A stretch of 64,000 bases of DNA from Candidatus Saccharimonadota bacterium (GCA_017511925.1 JAFWHS010000001.1:35-64034), one strand, 5' to 3'. Numbered from the stretch's first letter, positions 1 through 7,958 are shown. The notes: generated by a model from the letters alone, not told the origin. Numbers and translations are program-made.

Positions 1-103
1 CGGCGGATGCCTTAGGAATATAAACATTTGATAATGTTAAAATTGCCACTGCAAAACACATTGCTATTCTTAAAAATTTATCTTTTTGTTTAATCCGACT
101 CAT
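1..103 (-). CDS. N-terminus of a secreted/membrane protein; gene continues beyond the window (partial)
   Basis: ATG (rc of 101-103) with GAGGGAG 5 nt upstream (rc of 109-115). It translates to MSRIKQKDKFLRIAMCFAVAILTLSNVYIPKASA, which is signal-peptide-like. It is too short for the ORF track. Confidence 0.45.
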   Translation of the reverse strand, partial: MSRIKQKDKFLRIAMCFAVAILTLSNVYIPKASA

Positions 104-202
104 AAAAACTCCCTCAAATAATTTAGCTTTGTTAGTTACAATTATAGCACAAAATACTTATGTTTTATGCACATCATGTTACTAAATAATAAAACACATC
201 AC

Positions 203-233
203 AAAAAACCGCCTTACAGCGGGTTATTTTTTC
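203..233. terminator. bidirectional rho-independent terminator
   Basis: AAAAAACCGC-CTTACA-GCGGGTTATTTTTT: a GC stem flanked by an A-run and a T-run. Confidence 0.5.
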
Positions 234-536
234 ATTTAGTGAGGGGCGACCAGACATACTTATTCGGTTATGCATGGTCGTAGACTGGTGTATTGACCAC
301 CCCGAATACACTGCGAAGATCAAGGTTATACCTAAGAAAGACTACCCGGTGCTAATGCCGTGCGAGTTCTGAGATATACATATACAGGCAAAGAGATTCG
401 AACTTTTAAGGATTTCTGGCCCAACTGGAGCCGGAGAGACTTAAAACAATGACAATGAAGAAAATAAAGGAAATACAATGTCAATGGTAGACTTGCACTC
501 AATGATATAATTAAAATAGTAAACAAGGACTTATTT

Positions 537-1079
537 ATGCCAAGACCACGCAACAAACAGGACTTATTAAAAGCCGGCGAAGAGTACTACGCTAAGCTAA
601 TCGAAATGGCTGATTCAATGAGCGAGAAAGAAATGAACACCGAGTTCGATTTCTCTGGCGACTCATCGAAGAAAGAACGCCACTGGGGGCGCGACAAGAA
701 CCTACGCGATATTTGGGTACATTTATACGAATGGCACCGAATGCTACTTGAATTTGTAGATACGAATCTAAATAAAGGCAGTAACGCACCATTCTTGCCG
801 GAACCATACACTTGGAAGACTTACGGCGATATGAACGTCGAATACTGGAAGAAGCACCAAAAGACTTCGCTCGAAGACGCACGCAAAATGTTCGAAAAAT
901 CGCATAAAGACGTCATGAAGTTAGCTGAAAGCTTAAGCGAAGAACAATTATTCACTAAAGGTATGTATCCTTGGGTTGGCGGTTCAGTGCTTGGCTCATA
1001 TTTCGTTAGCTGTCTATCTTCTCACTACGACTGGGCAATGAAGAAACTCAAAGCACATAAAAAGAATTGTGGGAAATAA
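537..1079 (+). CDS. ClbS/DfsB-family (DUF1706) four-helix-bundle protein
   Basis: 180 aa; the N-terminal PRPRNKQDLL...EY..L and the WHRML / HYDWA blocks match my recollection of the ClbS/DfsB family. Confidence 0.7.
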   Translation: MPRPRNKQDLLKAGEEYYAKLIEMADSMSEKEMNTEFDFSGDSSKKERHWGRDKNLRDIWVHLYEWHRMLLEFVDTNLNKGSNAPFLPEPYTWKTYGDMNVEYWKKHQKTSLEDARKMFEKSHKDVMKLAESLSEEQLFTKGMYPWVGGSVLGSYFVSCLSSHYDWAMKKLKAHKKNCGK

Positions 1080-1370
1080 ATGGCAAGCACCAAAGAATAT
1101 CGCGATTTTATCTTAGAACAACTGTCGGAAGCGCCGAATGTTACCTGTCGGCCGATGATGGGCGAATTCTTGCTATATTCCAATAACGTCTTATTTGGCG
1201 GCATTTATGATGACCGTCTACTTGTAAAAATAGTTCCAGAAAACGAACAATATAAGATGACCGAAGAAATTCCGTACGGCAGCGCGAAGCCAATGTATTT
1301 TGCGGAAGATGTTGACAATAAAGAAAAGCTAGCAGAAATAGTAAAAGCGACCGTAAAAGGACTAAAGTAA
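1080..1370 (+). CDS. TfoX N-terminal domain protein
   Basis: 96 aa; the pattern YRDFILEQL...RPMMGEFLLYSNNVLFGGIYDDRLLVK is typical of the TfoX/Sxy N-domain; the start abuts the previous stop. Confidence 0.65.
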   Translation: MASTKEYRDFILEQLSEAPNVTCRPMMGEFLLYSNNVLFGGIYDDRLLVKIVPENEQYKMTEEIPYGSAKPMYFAEDVDNKEKLAEIVKATVKGLK

Positions 1371-1371
1371 T

Positions 1372-1791
1372 ATGGATCTAAAAAAGATTGAAAGATTTAT
1401 CAATAAACAAAAAGTAAGCATTGTTTGCTCTATCGATGACCAAGAATACCCAAACGTTAAAGCAATGTTAAAACCTAGAAAAAGAGTTGGACTGAAAGAG
1501 TTTTATTTCTCTACCAATACTTCGTCCATGAGAGTTGCACAATATAAGAAAAACCCAAAGGCAAGTATCTATTTCTACCACAAAGGCTTAATTAAGTACG
1601 TTGGCGTTATGCTAAAAGGTAAGATGGAAATTTTAACAGACCAGAAGACAAAGGATATGATTTGGAGACGTGGCGACACGATATTCTACAAGAAAGGCGT
1701 TACAGATCCAGATTATTGCGTCCTAAAGTTTACGGCGACAAGTGGCCGGTATTATTGCGATTTAAAGACAGAAAACTTTGACGTAGATTAA
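1372..1791 (+). CDS. pyridoxamine 5'-phosphate oxidase-like FMN-binding protein
   Basis: 139 aa; split-barrel PNPOx-like pattern (VSIVCSID..YPNVKAM...ASIYFY...VGVMLKGKMEIL); starts 1 nt after the previous stop. Confidence 0.65.
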   Translation: MDLKKIERFINKQKVSIVCSIDDQEYPNVKAMLKPRKRVGLKEFYFSTNTSSMRVAQYKKNPKASIYFYHKGLIKYVGVMLKGKMEILTDQKTKDMIWRRGDTIFYKKGVTDPDYCVLKFTATSGRYYCDLKTENFDVD

Positions 1792-1801
1792 TCTACTCAG
1801 C

Positions 1802-1825
1802 ACCGCCTTTAGAGCGCACCTCTAA
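1802..1825 (+). promoter_or_regulatory. conserved leader motif with hairpin (copy 1)
   Basis: ACCGCCTTTAGAGCGCACCTCTAA; TTAGAG-CGCAC-CTCTAA forms a hairpin/inverted repeat 15 nt before the ATG at 1841; near-identical copy at 7479-7501. Confidence 0.55.
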
Positions 1826-1840
1826 CCGAAAAGAGGCCAT

Positions 1841-2296
1841 ATGACAAAACGCCACCCATTCAAGAAAGCAAAACCCGGCGAACCAATACCAGTTACCGCC
1901 CGGCAACTTGAAAACTTTATGCTCGAACATAATGGTAGATTCAATTCGCGCGATTACGATAAGTTCGAGCGTATGGAACTAACTTGCTCCCCTGTCCGCG
2001 ACGCGATCCACGAACTCAAGACTTATTCCCTAGAAACCCTAGCTCAACGCTTCGATATACGCCTTTTAGGCCGCGGTAAGCGCGTTTTTGCGCGATTAGA
2101 TAGCGAAGACGACACTTGGTACCATTTCTCGCTTGCATACATTCCACGCGCGCTAAATAACCGCGACGTGAATGACGCGATGATTCAGATGTTTTTCATT
2201 GGCAAATGGAGAGTCGATAAGCTTTCGCTCTGGGCGGAGCCAGAAGATATCAACCATTACAACGACGATTCCAATGATTTTCATATTAAACCATAA
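1841..2296 (+). CDS. hypothetical protein, paralog of 7518-7958
   Basis: 151 aa; shares FSLAYIPRALNNRDVN(D/E)A, VTARQL and LWAEP blocks with the 146-aa protein at 7518; AGAGG sits 5 nt upstream. Confidence 0.6.
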   Translation: MTKRHPFKKAKPGEPIPVTARQLENFMLEHNGRFNSRDYDKFERMELTCSPVRDAIHELKTYSLETLAQRFDIRLLGRGKRVFARLDSEDDTWYHFSLAYIPRALNNRDVNDAMIQMFFIGKWRVDKLSLWAEPEDINHYNDDSNDFHIKP

Positions 2297-2382
2297 CATA
2301 AGCATTTTAAGCAAATTGCAAAAATAGAGTAACAGATAATTAGATTTAAACTATTACAGATTAAAAAATGTTCATAAGCCTA

Positions 2383-2410
2383 TTGACAAAAAGCATAATT
2401 TCGTTATAAT
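2383..2410 (+). promoter_or_regulatory. sigma70-type promoter
   Basis: TTGACA (2383-2388), 16 nt spacer, TATAAT (2405-2410); this predicts a ~150-nt leader before the ATG at 2569. Confidence 0.55.
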
Positions 2411-2568
2411 TAAAATAGGCTTGGAGGTAAATGAGGCGCAACGCGTTGAGTTGCACCTCTAAGTTTGTACGTTAAGCGTCCCCTTAGCACATCCTAGGTA
2501 AGTGTAGCTTACTGTACTTTATTAACTAAGCCGTCGAAGGGGCGGCGGCAGAGAGGAAAGTCAAACTA

Positions 2569-2871
2569 ATGCTTAGGTTTTTAATCTACGGTATTACTAA
2601 AGATGACGGACTTTATAGTGATCCAGATGCTGCCATCGACAAATACCATTATTGGCGCAAGACCAGTGATGGCGTCTGGGATAGATTCCAAGATTTCCGC
2701 CAAAATGTCGTAGACAAGGTCAAGACTGGTATGGTCGAAGCTTACACCTATCGCAACAATCAAATTGGTGCGAAATGTATAGTGAAAGTTTCTCCTAACA
2801 TGGTAGAATACTTAAAGACCACACCAAACGGCAATCCGTTTGACAACCTTTCATCTCTTCCAGAGATGTAA
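2569..2871 (+). CDS. hypothetical 100-aa protein
   Basis: ORF with GAGGAAAG upstream; followed by a hairpin terminator; no family recognised. Confidence 0.5.
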   Translation: MLRFLIYGITKDDGLYSDPDAAIDKYHYWRKTSDGVWDRFQDFRQNVVDKVKTGMVEAYTYRNNQIGAKCIVKVSPNMVEYLKTTPNGNPFDNLSSLPEM

Positions 2872-2880
2872 GTTACTAAA

Positions 2881-2903
2881 GGAGTGGCATTTGCCACTCC
2901 TTT
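2881..2903 (+). terminator. hairpin terminator
   Basis: GGAGTGGC-ATTT-GCCACTCC followed by TTT. Confidence 0.45.
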
Positions 2904-2930
2904 AGGTTTAGCATATGGTATAATATTGAT

Positions 2931-3245
2931 ATGGAAGAAGTCAAGGCGGCAGTGGTAAAATTCACAAAAGACAGAGACTGGGATCAGTTTCATTCCCCTG
3001 CCAACTTGGCAAAATCAATTGCGATTGAGTCCGGTGAACTTCTTGAATGCTTCCAATGGAACGATAACTACGACAAAAAGGAAGTTTGCAAAGAACTGGC
3101 CGATGTGGTTAACTACGCGATTCTCCTAGCCGACAAGCTCGACGTTAGTCTTGAAGATATTGTTATGGAAAAATTAGAGGAAAACTCTAAAAAGTACCCA
3201 GTTAACAAATCTAAAGGCAATAGTAAAAAATATACGGAATTATAA
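2931..3245 (+). CDS. MazG-like nucleotide pyrophosphohydrolase (YpjD/DCTPP1-like)
   Basis: 104 aa; FTKDRDWDQFHSPANLAKSIAIESGELLECFQW ... ELADVVNYAILLADKLDV...KLEENSKKYP is the all-alpha NTP-PPase signature; TGGTATAAT ends 6 nt before the ATG. Confidence 0.75.
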   Translation: MEEVKAAVVKFTKDRDWDQFHSPANLAKSIAIESGELLECFQWNDNYDKKEVCKELADVVNYAILLADKLDVSLEDIVMEKLEENSKKYPVNKSKGNSKKYTEL

Positions 3246-3246
3246 T

Positions 3247-4974
3247 ATGTCAGAAAAATCCTTCCAAATCAGAAGCTACTCTTTCGACCAAAAAGCAATC
3301 AGCAGCTTGGCCATAGAAGATCATTTAGAAGAAAACTGGCCAGTAGTTTATCAGATTTACAACAACCAGCAAATTTACATTGGCGAAACTACAAATCTTA
3401 AAAACCGCATGAACCAGCACCTAGCGAATGTCGAGAAGTCGAGCCTCAGACATGGATCAGTAAAAGTAGTTTTCGATGAAACGTTTAACAAAAGTGCTGC
3501 ACTAGATTTAGAGTCTTACCTTATCCAATATTTTAGCGGTGACGGAAAGTTTAAGGTTTTAAATCGCAACGACGGCATGTGCGACCGCGATTATTACGAT
3601 AGAGCCAACTATCGCAAAACTTTCGAAGAAATCTGGAACAGACTTCGCGAGCTAAAAATTGCTGATAAAACTATTTCAGAGATTAATAATTCCGAGCTGT
3701 TTAAGTTCTCTCCATACAAGAACCTAAACTTTGAGCAGCTAAATGTAGTGACTGAGATTATCCAAAATATCGACGAAGCCATTACGCACGATGTTAAAAG
3801 CCTTTCAGTTATCGATGGCGATGCTGGTACCGGTAAAACTATCGTTATTATGTATCTCGCAAAACTATTAGCCGATCTACAATCATTCGACAACCAAAAC
3901 GATGATATTGACGACGAATCAAACTTCAATATTTTCTTTGAACTGGAACATATTAACCAGAACTTTAAGAACAAAAGCATTGCCCTAGTAATTCCACAGC
4001 CATCACTATACGGCCGCATCCGTAAGATTTTCGACAAAATCGATCTCGGCGATGCAAATATTAGAATCTTTTCACCGATCCAATTTGGCAAATGTGACGA
4101 TAATTTCGACATTACATTAGTAGACGAAGCACATCTTCTGAAAGTTGGTGTTACTGGTACGCTAGGTAAACAAGTCCACGAGATTGACCAGAAGATTTTC
4201 GGCAATACCGGCATTCACTCGGAACTAGATTGGATCATGGCTAAATCCAAGAATGTAGTTCTAGTATTTAGCGACCAACAGCGCATTCGCCCAGCCAATA
4301 TTAATCGTAGCGATATCTTACAGTATGCAGACGAGTTTAATAAACGCGAATATTATCTCAAAACTCAAATGCGTTCGCTTGGCGGCAAAAAATATATCGA
4401 TTATATTCACGATATTCTGTCAAACGGCTTTAGGCCTAGAGAAAAAGAAACTTTCAAAGGATTTGAAGCGAAAATTTTCGATAACATCAAAGACTTTGCG
4501 GAAGCTATGGAAAAGCGTGAGGCTGAATATGGATTGTCTCGCATGGTGGCCGGTTTTGCTTGGAAATGGAATTCCAAAAACAATAAAAGCGCGTATGACA
4601 TCGAAATCGATGGCATGAAATTCCGCTGGAATAGCACTCAGAATAACTGGATCGGCTCCAAGAACGCGCCAAAAGAAGTTGGTAGCATTTACACCGTGCA
4701 AGGTGATGACCTAAATTATGTAGGAATTATCATTGGTAACGATTTGATTTATCGCGACGGAAAACTCGTGTTCAATCGCAAAGCTTGCGCAGATTCCGGT
4801 GCCATGAAGCGTAGTCAACGCCAAGTTGCTAATGATGAGCAAATCAATGAAGACGATATGCTGGAACAAGTGTTAAGAACCTACAGGATTCTCATGAACC
4901 GCGCAGTTAAAGGTGTTTATATTTATATTTGCGATAAACAATTAAACGAATATTTAAAACGATATTTCAACTAA
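3247..4974 (+). CDS. GIY-YIG nuclease domain fused to a DUF2075 / Schlafen-like P-loop ATPase
   Basis: 575 aa. The N-terminus VVYQIYNNQQIYIGETTNLKNRMNQH is GIY-YIG-like. There is a Walker A (DGDAGTGKT) and a Walker B-like motif (ITLVDEAH). The ATG is 1 nt after the mazG-like stop. Confidence 0.65.
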   Translation: MSEKSFQIRSYSFDQKAISSLAIEDHLEENWPVVYQIYNNQQIYIGETTNLKNRMNQHLANVEKSSLRHGSVKVVFDETFNKSAALDLESYLIQYFSGDGKFKVLNRNDGMCDRDYYDRANYRKTFEEIWNRLRELKIADKTISEINNSELFKFSPYKNLNFEQLNVVTEIIQNIDEAITHDVKSLSVIDGDAGTGKTIVIMYLAKLLADLQSFDNQNDDIDDESNFNIFFELEHINQNFKNKSIALVIPQPSLYGRIRKIFDKIDLGDANIRIFSPIQFGKCDDNFDITLVDEAHLLKVGVTGTLGKQVHEIDQKIFGNTGIHSELDWIMAKSKNVVLVFSDQQRIRPANINRSDILQYADEFNKREYYLKTQMRSLGGKKYIDYIHDILSNGFRPREKETFKGFEAKIFDNIKDFAEAMEKREAEYGLSRMVAGFAWKWNSKNNKSAYDIEIDGMKFRWNSTQNNWIGSKNAPKEVGSIYTVQGDDLNYVGIIIGNDLIYRDGKLVFNRKACADSGAMKRSQRQVANDEQINEDDMLEQVLRTYRILMNRAVKGVYIYICDKQLNEYLKRYFN

Positions 4975-4993
4975 AAACTACATAATTTAATTG

Positions 4994-6490
4994 TTATGTT
5001 TCATTATTATGGAACATGCCTTGTTTATTATTTCTAAAAACCAAATCATCAAACTTTTCGTGAAGTAAGTCTAATCTATGGCCTAGTGGAGCAATTTTCG
5101 CAGCATCGACTAAATTTCTTAAATCATTATCGTCCAAAGCTATTATGTAGCCATGATTGTCTATCATAGCATCTATGCACATTTTATTTATTCTTGTTCT
5201 ATTTGAAATTCTGCGAGATACTGATATCCCAAACTCGCCCTTGTCTGGGCCAAACCTTCCAGATAACTGATCAATTTCAGGATTACCAATATCGTCATTA
5301 TAATTTTTACACTCAATATACACATATGGAGCGTTAAAATGTTGCCCCAACCACCAGAAAAAGTCATCCTTATCCACATTGCTATATACTATATCCACAA
5401 TTTTACCACCATTGTTAATCCTTGCCTGATAATTTGGTCGAGCCAAATACGGATAAAACAATGCATTGAAGAGAGCTAAAATAGCAGTTTCATAATATTT
5501 CGCATTATCCCTACCAGGCATAGTTTCTAAGACTCTATTCAAAAGCAAATCGTAATCTACCGGCGGTGTGTCCATATAATCGGTAAAATCCTGATGCATT
5601 AAAGCTGGGCTCGGATTTTCATTTTTCTCTTTTTTGTATTGGGCTAATAGATCCGGATATTTTGTAGTATAATCATAATTCAACATCTTTAGATGCTTTT
5701 TATTTTCTATACCACGACGAGATAATACATCTTTTTTATATGGCAACTTCTGTTCGCCGGTTGTTTTTAGTATCCTCACCAAACCATCCGCAACATCTTC
5801 TTGCTGAAGCCTAGCCACTATATACTTGTTAAAGTATTCGTCTGCGCTATACGTTGCCTCTCTCCTTACTATAGATTTCGGCACTAACGTTAAGATATCT
5901 TCTCTACCGTCTATAACTACAACTGGCTGTCTAAAGCTTTTCGTCTCCCATATTCTCTTCTGCGGATTCCAAATTTTCTTGCTTTTCCTAACTTCAAGCT
6001 CAACACCAAACTGATCGAATTGCGTTTGTGTATATTCTATTAAAGGCTCCCTGATAATGTTCGTAACTATATCAGAAATCATATCAGAAGATATTCCCTC
6101 AATAAGAAGAATTGTATCTTCTATATCTTCTATCATGCCGCTCTTAATGGCGACACTCTCTTTTAGAGCATGCCACATTTTCACGGCTAATTTTTCCCCG
6201 ATGCCTCTTCCATTTGTCTTATTTTTTGAAAAACCCAACTTCGTTTCACTCGGTTCGCATAATTCTTTAAGTAAAGCTCTTGCTTTTTTATTATCACCTT
6301 CGTGCATGGTAGATAAGACATGACTAAAGTAGTCCTTTATTAATCTGCAACAACGTAGCCCCCACTCCGCCTTATCATTATTCAATGCAGCAGGATCAAT
6401 AAATAAACAGGAATCAGAGCACAAATCAACATCCACAAAGTCCAAAGATGGTTGATTGACCCCAAGATTATAATATTCGGAAACCCTCAT
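4994..6490 (-). CDS. hypothetical protein with a C-terminal PD-(D/E)XK nuclease-like motif
   Basis: 498 aa; GGKIVDIVYSN...(about 25 aa)...YVYIECKNY matches the D...(D/E)xK restriction-endonuclease-fold signature; convergent with 3247-4974. Confidence 0.5.
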   Translation of the reverse strand: MRVSEYYNLGVNQPSLDFVDVDLCSDSCLFIDPAALNNDKAEWGLRCCRLIKDYFSHVLSTMHEGDNKKARALLKELCEPSETKLGFSKNKTNGRGIGEKLAVKMWHALKESVAIKSGMIEDIEDTILLIEGISSDMISDIVTNIIREPLIEYTQTQFDQFGVELEVRKSKKIWNPQKRIWETKSFRQPVVVIDGREDILTLVPKSIVRREATYSADEYFNKYIVARLQQEDVADGLVRILKTTGEQKLPYKKDVLSRRGIENKKHLKMLNYDYTTKYPDLLAQYKKEKNENPSPALMHQDFTDYMDTPPVDYDLLLNRVLETMPGRDNAKYYETAILALFNALFYPYLARPNYQARINNGGKIVDIVYSNVDKDDFFWWLGQHFNAPYVYIECKNYNDDIGNPEIDQLSGRFGPDKGEFGISVSRRISNRTRINKMCIDAMIDNHGYIIALDDNDLRNLVDAAKIAPLGHRLDLLHEKFDDLVFRNNKQGMFHNNET

Positions 6491-6520
6491 ATAATTATTA
6501 TAACATAAATATAAAAATAA

Positions 6521-7063
6521 TCAAAACACGAGCTCCTCGGCCAGAAAACACAGAAACAAAGAAAGATTGACGACCTCGCGGAAAAGTACGCCGAACTGGA
6601 CAAAGAGTCGCCAAAAGCCGTCAAAGACAAGCTCAAAAAGGACATGGCGGATTTGCAAAATGATGTTGTAAATATCGACGAAAGAATCAAGCAAATTGAA
6701 GCCAAAATTAAGAATCCTGAAAAATTGCGCTTGGGCCTAGAAAAGTTTTCGAACTCGCTAAATTCGCTAATTAACAGATTAGAAAAAGGAGATCTCGTCG
6801 AAAAGGACATTTTGGTCAGAAATATGGTTTCAAACCTCGAAATTGATGCACAAAAAAGGGTGATTTACAGATATAAATCACCATTTAATTTCATCTTCGA
6901 ACCTGAGTTTTCCACAGGTTCCCCTGTTGGTGAGCGACATCTCAACCTTTACGAACCTCTCTGTAAGACGATTGACTACATAATTCTGGACCCTACGTGG
7001 CGACCGACCTATATTCTGGTCGAAAGTAATATTATCAATAAACCAAGCGACTTTAGCTATTAG
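6521..7063 (+). pseudogene. 5'-truncated large serine recombinase (C-terminal remnant plus read-through)
   Basis: The open frame from 6521 aligns by eye to the last ~130 aa of the recombinase at 12941-14599 (KIDDLAEKYAEL..MADLQNDVVNIDERI..DILVRNMVSNLEIDAQKRVIYRYKSP vs ..DIASLQIERDEI..DQLARNLFTNLEINNKKEVSYRVKRP). The catalytic N-domain is missing. Confidence 0.55.
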
Positions 7064-7478
7064 TGCTATGACAACCAACAGTATTACGAACCAATATAAT
7101 ATGTAAAGAGAAAGCTATCGGTTTCAACGTTCCATTGTCATTGTAAAGCTCTCTTAAGAGCTTCCAATGTCAATGTCGTAGTGCCAATTTCTGCCAAATT
7201 TGGCTAAAATTGGCAGTAGGAACCTATTTCGCAAAATCAAAAAATATTCAAAAATGCGGAGCAAAGTTATTCCCCAAAAATCAAAAATGTTTAATTTTGG
7301 GGAGTATTATCCTACCCCTGTTAACAATAATCCTATCGGACACCCTATCGGACAAAGCATGATAAAATAGACTTTAGAGACGAGTTGTGATAGTATAATG
7401 GTATAGAGTGAAACAAGGCACCGTACGGAGCTGGCGACACTCTCTTTTTTGTTATTAGAGAAGTATAATATAAACAAT

Positions 7479-7501
7479 ACCGCCTTTAAGCGCACCTCTA
7501 A
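7479..7501 (+). promoter_or_regulatory. conserved leader motif with hairpin (copy 2)
   Basis: ACCGCCTTTAAGCGCACCTCTAA is identical to 1802-1825 except for a 1-nt indel. It starts ~10 nt after a TATAAT (7464-7469) and ends 16 nt before the ATG at 7518. Confidence 0.55.
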
Positions 7502-7517
7502 AGAAACGAGGTAATTT

Positions 7518-7958
7518 ATGGCAAAAAGCCACATCTACAAAAAGCCAAGAAATGGCGATCCAATAGAAGTTACCGCAAGACAGCTAACTGAACTATACGA
7601 AAAGCACGAAGGCATATTGGCTTCACGTCAATATAAAGACCTGAAGAATATGGTGCTCGTCGATTCGAGCGTCCGCGACGCGAAACGGGCGCTAAGAGAG
7701 TTTGATGACGAAACTTTACTAGGAACTTGGGGTAAAGAAATACGTTACGGCTATGGAAAGCGCATTTATTTCCACTTAGATCGAGAAGATAAAGACAAAT
7801 ATTACTTTTCCCTCGCTTATATTCCGCGCGCCCTAAACAACCGCGATGTAAACGAAGCAATTTTGCGCATGTATTTTGTCCGGCGCTGGTGGGTTGATAA
7901 ACGCTTTTTGTGGGCTGAGCCAATTGATATTACGCCGAGCTACGGTCACGGTTTTTAG
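7518..7958 (+). CDS. hypothetical protein, paralog of 1841-2296
   Basis: 146 aa; same conserved blocks as the 151-aa paralog; GAGG sits 7 nt upstream. Confidence 0.6.
   Translation: MAKSHIYKKPRNGDPIEVTARQLTELYEKHEGILASRQYKDLKNMVLVDSSVRDAKRALREFDDETLLGTWGKEIRYGYGKRIYFHLDREDKDKYYFSLAYIPRALNNRDVNEAILRMYFVRRWWVDKRFLWAEPIDITPSYGHGF

Larger units (their letters stand above)
393..6970. mobile_element. decayed integrative island E0 (boundaries approximate)
   Basis: The right end has a 5'-truncated serine recombinase followed by a degenerate tRNA-3'-half-like string (6928-6970). The left end has a T-arm-like string GAGATTCGAAC..TTAAGGA (393-412). The cargo is accessory/defence-like. Confidence 0.3.

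Noticed and set aside
243-256. GGGGCGACCAGACA resembling the 5' ends of tmRNA or RNase P RNA
   Set aside because: There is no downstream tag ORF, no GAGGAAAGUCCGGGC-type conserved region and no matching 3' acceptor/T-arm in the same orientation. The T-arm-like string at 393-403 is on the opposite strand.
281-291. 11-mer CGTAGACTGGT shared with 24214-24224
   Set aside because: Hundreds of exact 11-mer coincidences are expected in a window of this size.
332-556. 74-aa minus-strand ORF
   Set aside because: It is hydrophobic, low-complexity translation of AT-rich DNA. It overlaps the ClbS-like start, and has no SD or promoter pattern.
2553-2562. GAGGAAAGTC, similar to the RNase P RNA CR-I motif
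   Set aside because: It is followed by AAACTAATG rather than CGGGC, and no other RNase P conserved regions are nearby. It is better explained as the ribosome-binding site of the ORF at 2569.
3609-4214. 201-aa antisense ORF inside the DUF2075 gene. The same class includes 587-882, 4325-4701, 5188-6323, 10408-11082 and 11959-12300.
   Set aside because: These lie entirely inside longer ORFs that have recognisable domains on the other strand or frame. Their composition is typical of antisense or out-of-frame reading.
6487-6810. 107-aa minus-strand ORF and the 139-aa ORF 6644-7063 as intact genes
   Set aside because: The + frame aligns to the C-terminus of the serine recombinase and extends upstream of the annotated ATG to 6521, so it is a truncated pseudogene. 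The minus ORF is its antisense.
7343-7357. CCCTATCGGACAAAG in E1 resembling CCCTATCAGACAAAG in E2 (18723-18737), as shared regulator sites
   Set aside because: A 15-mer with one mismatch is expected by chance dozens of times among all position pairs in 64 kb (my estimate is ~90). It is not evidence on its own.
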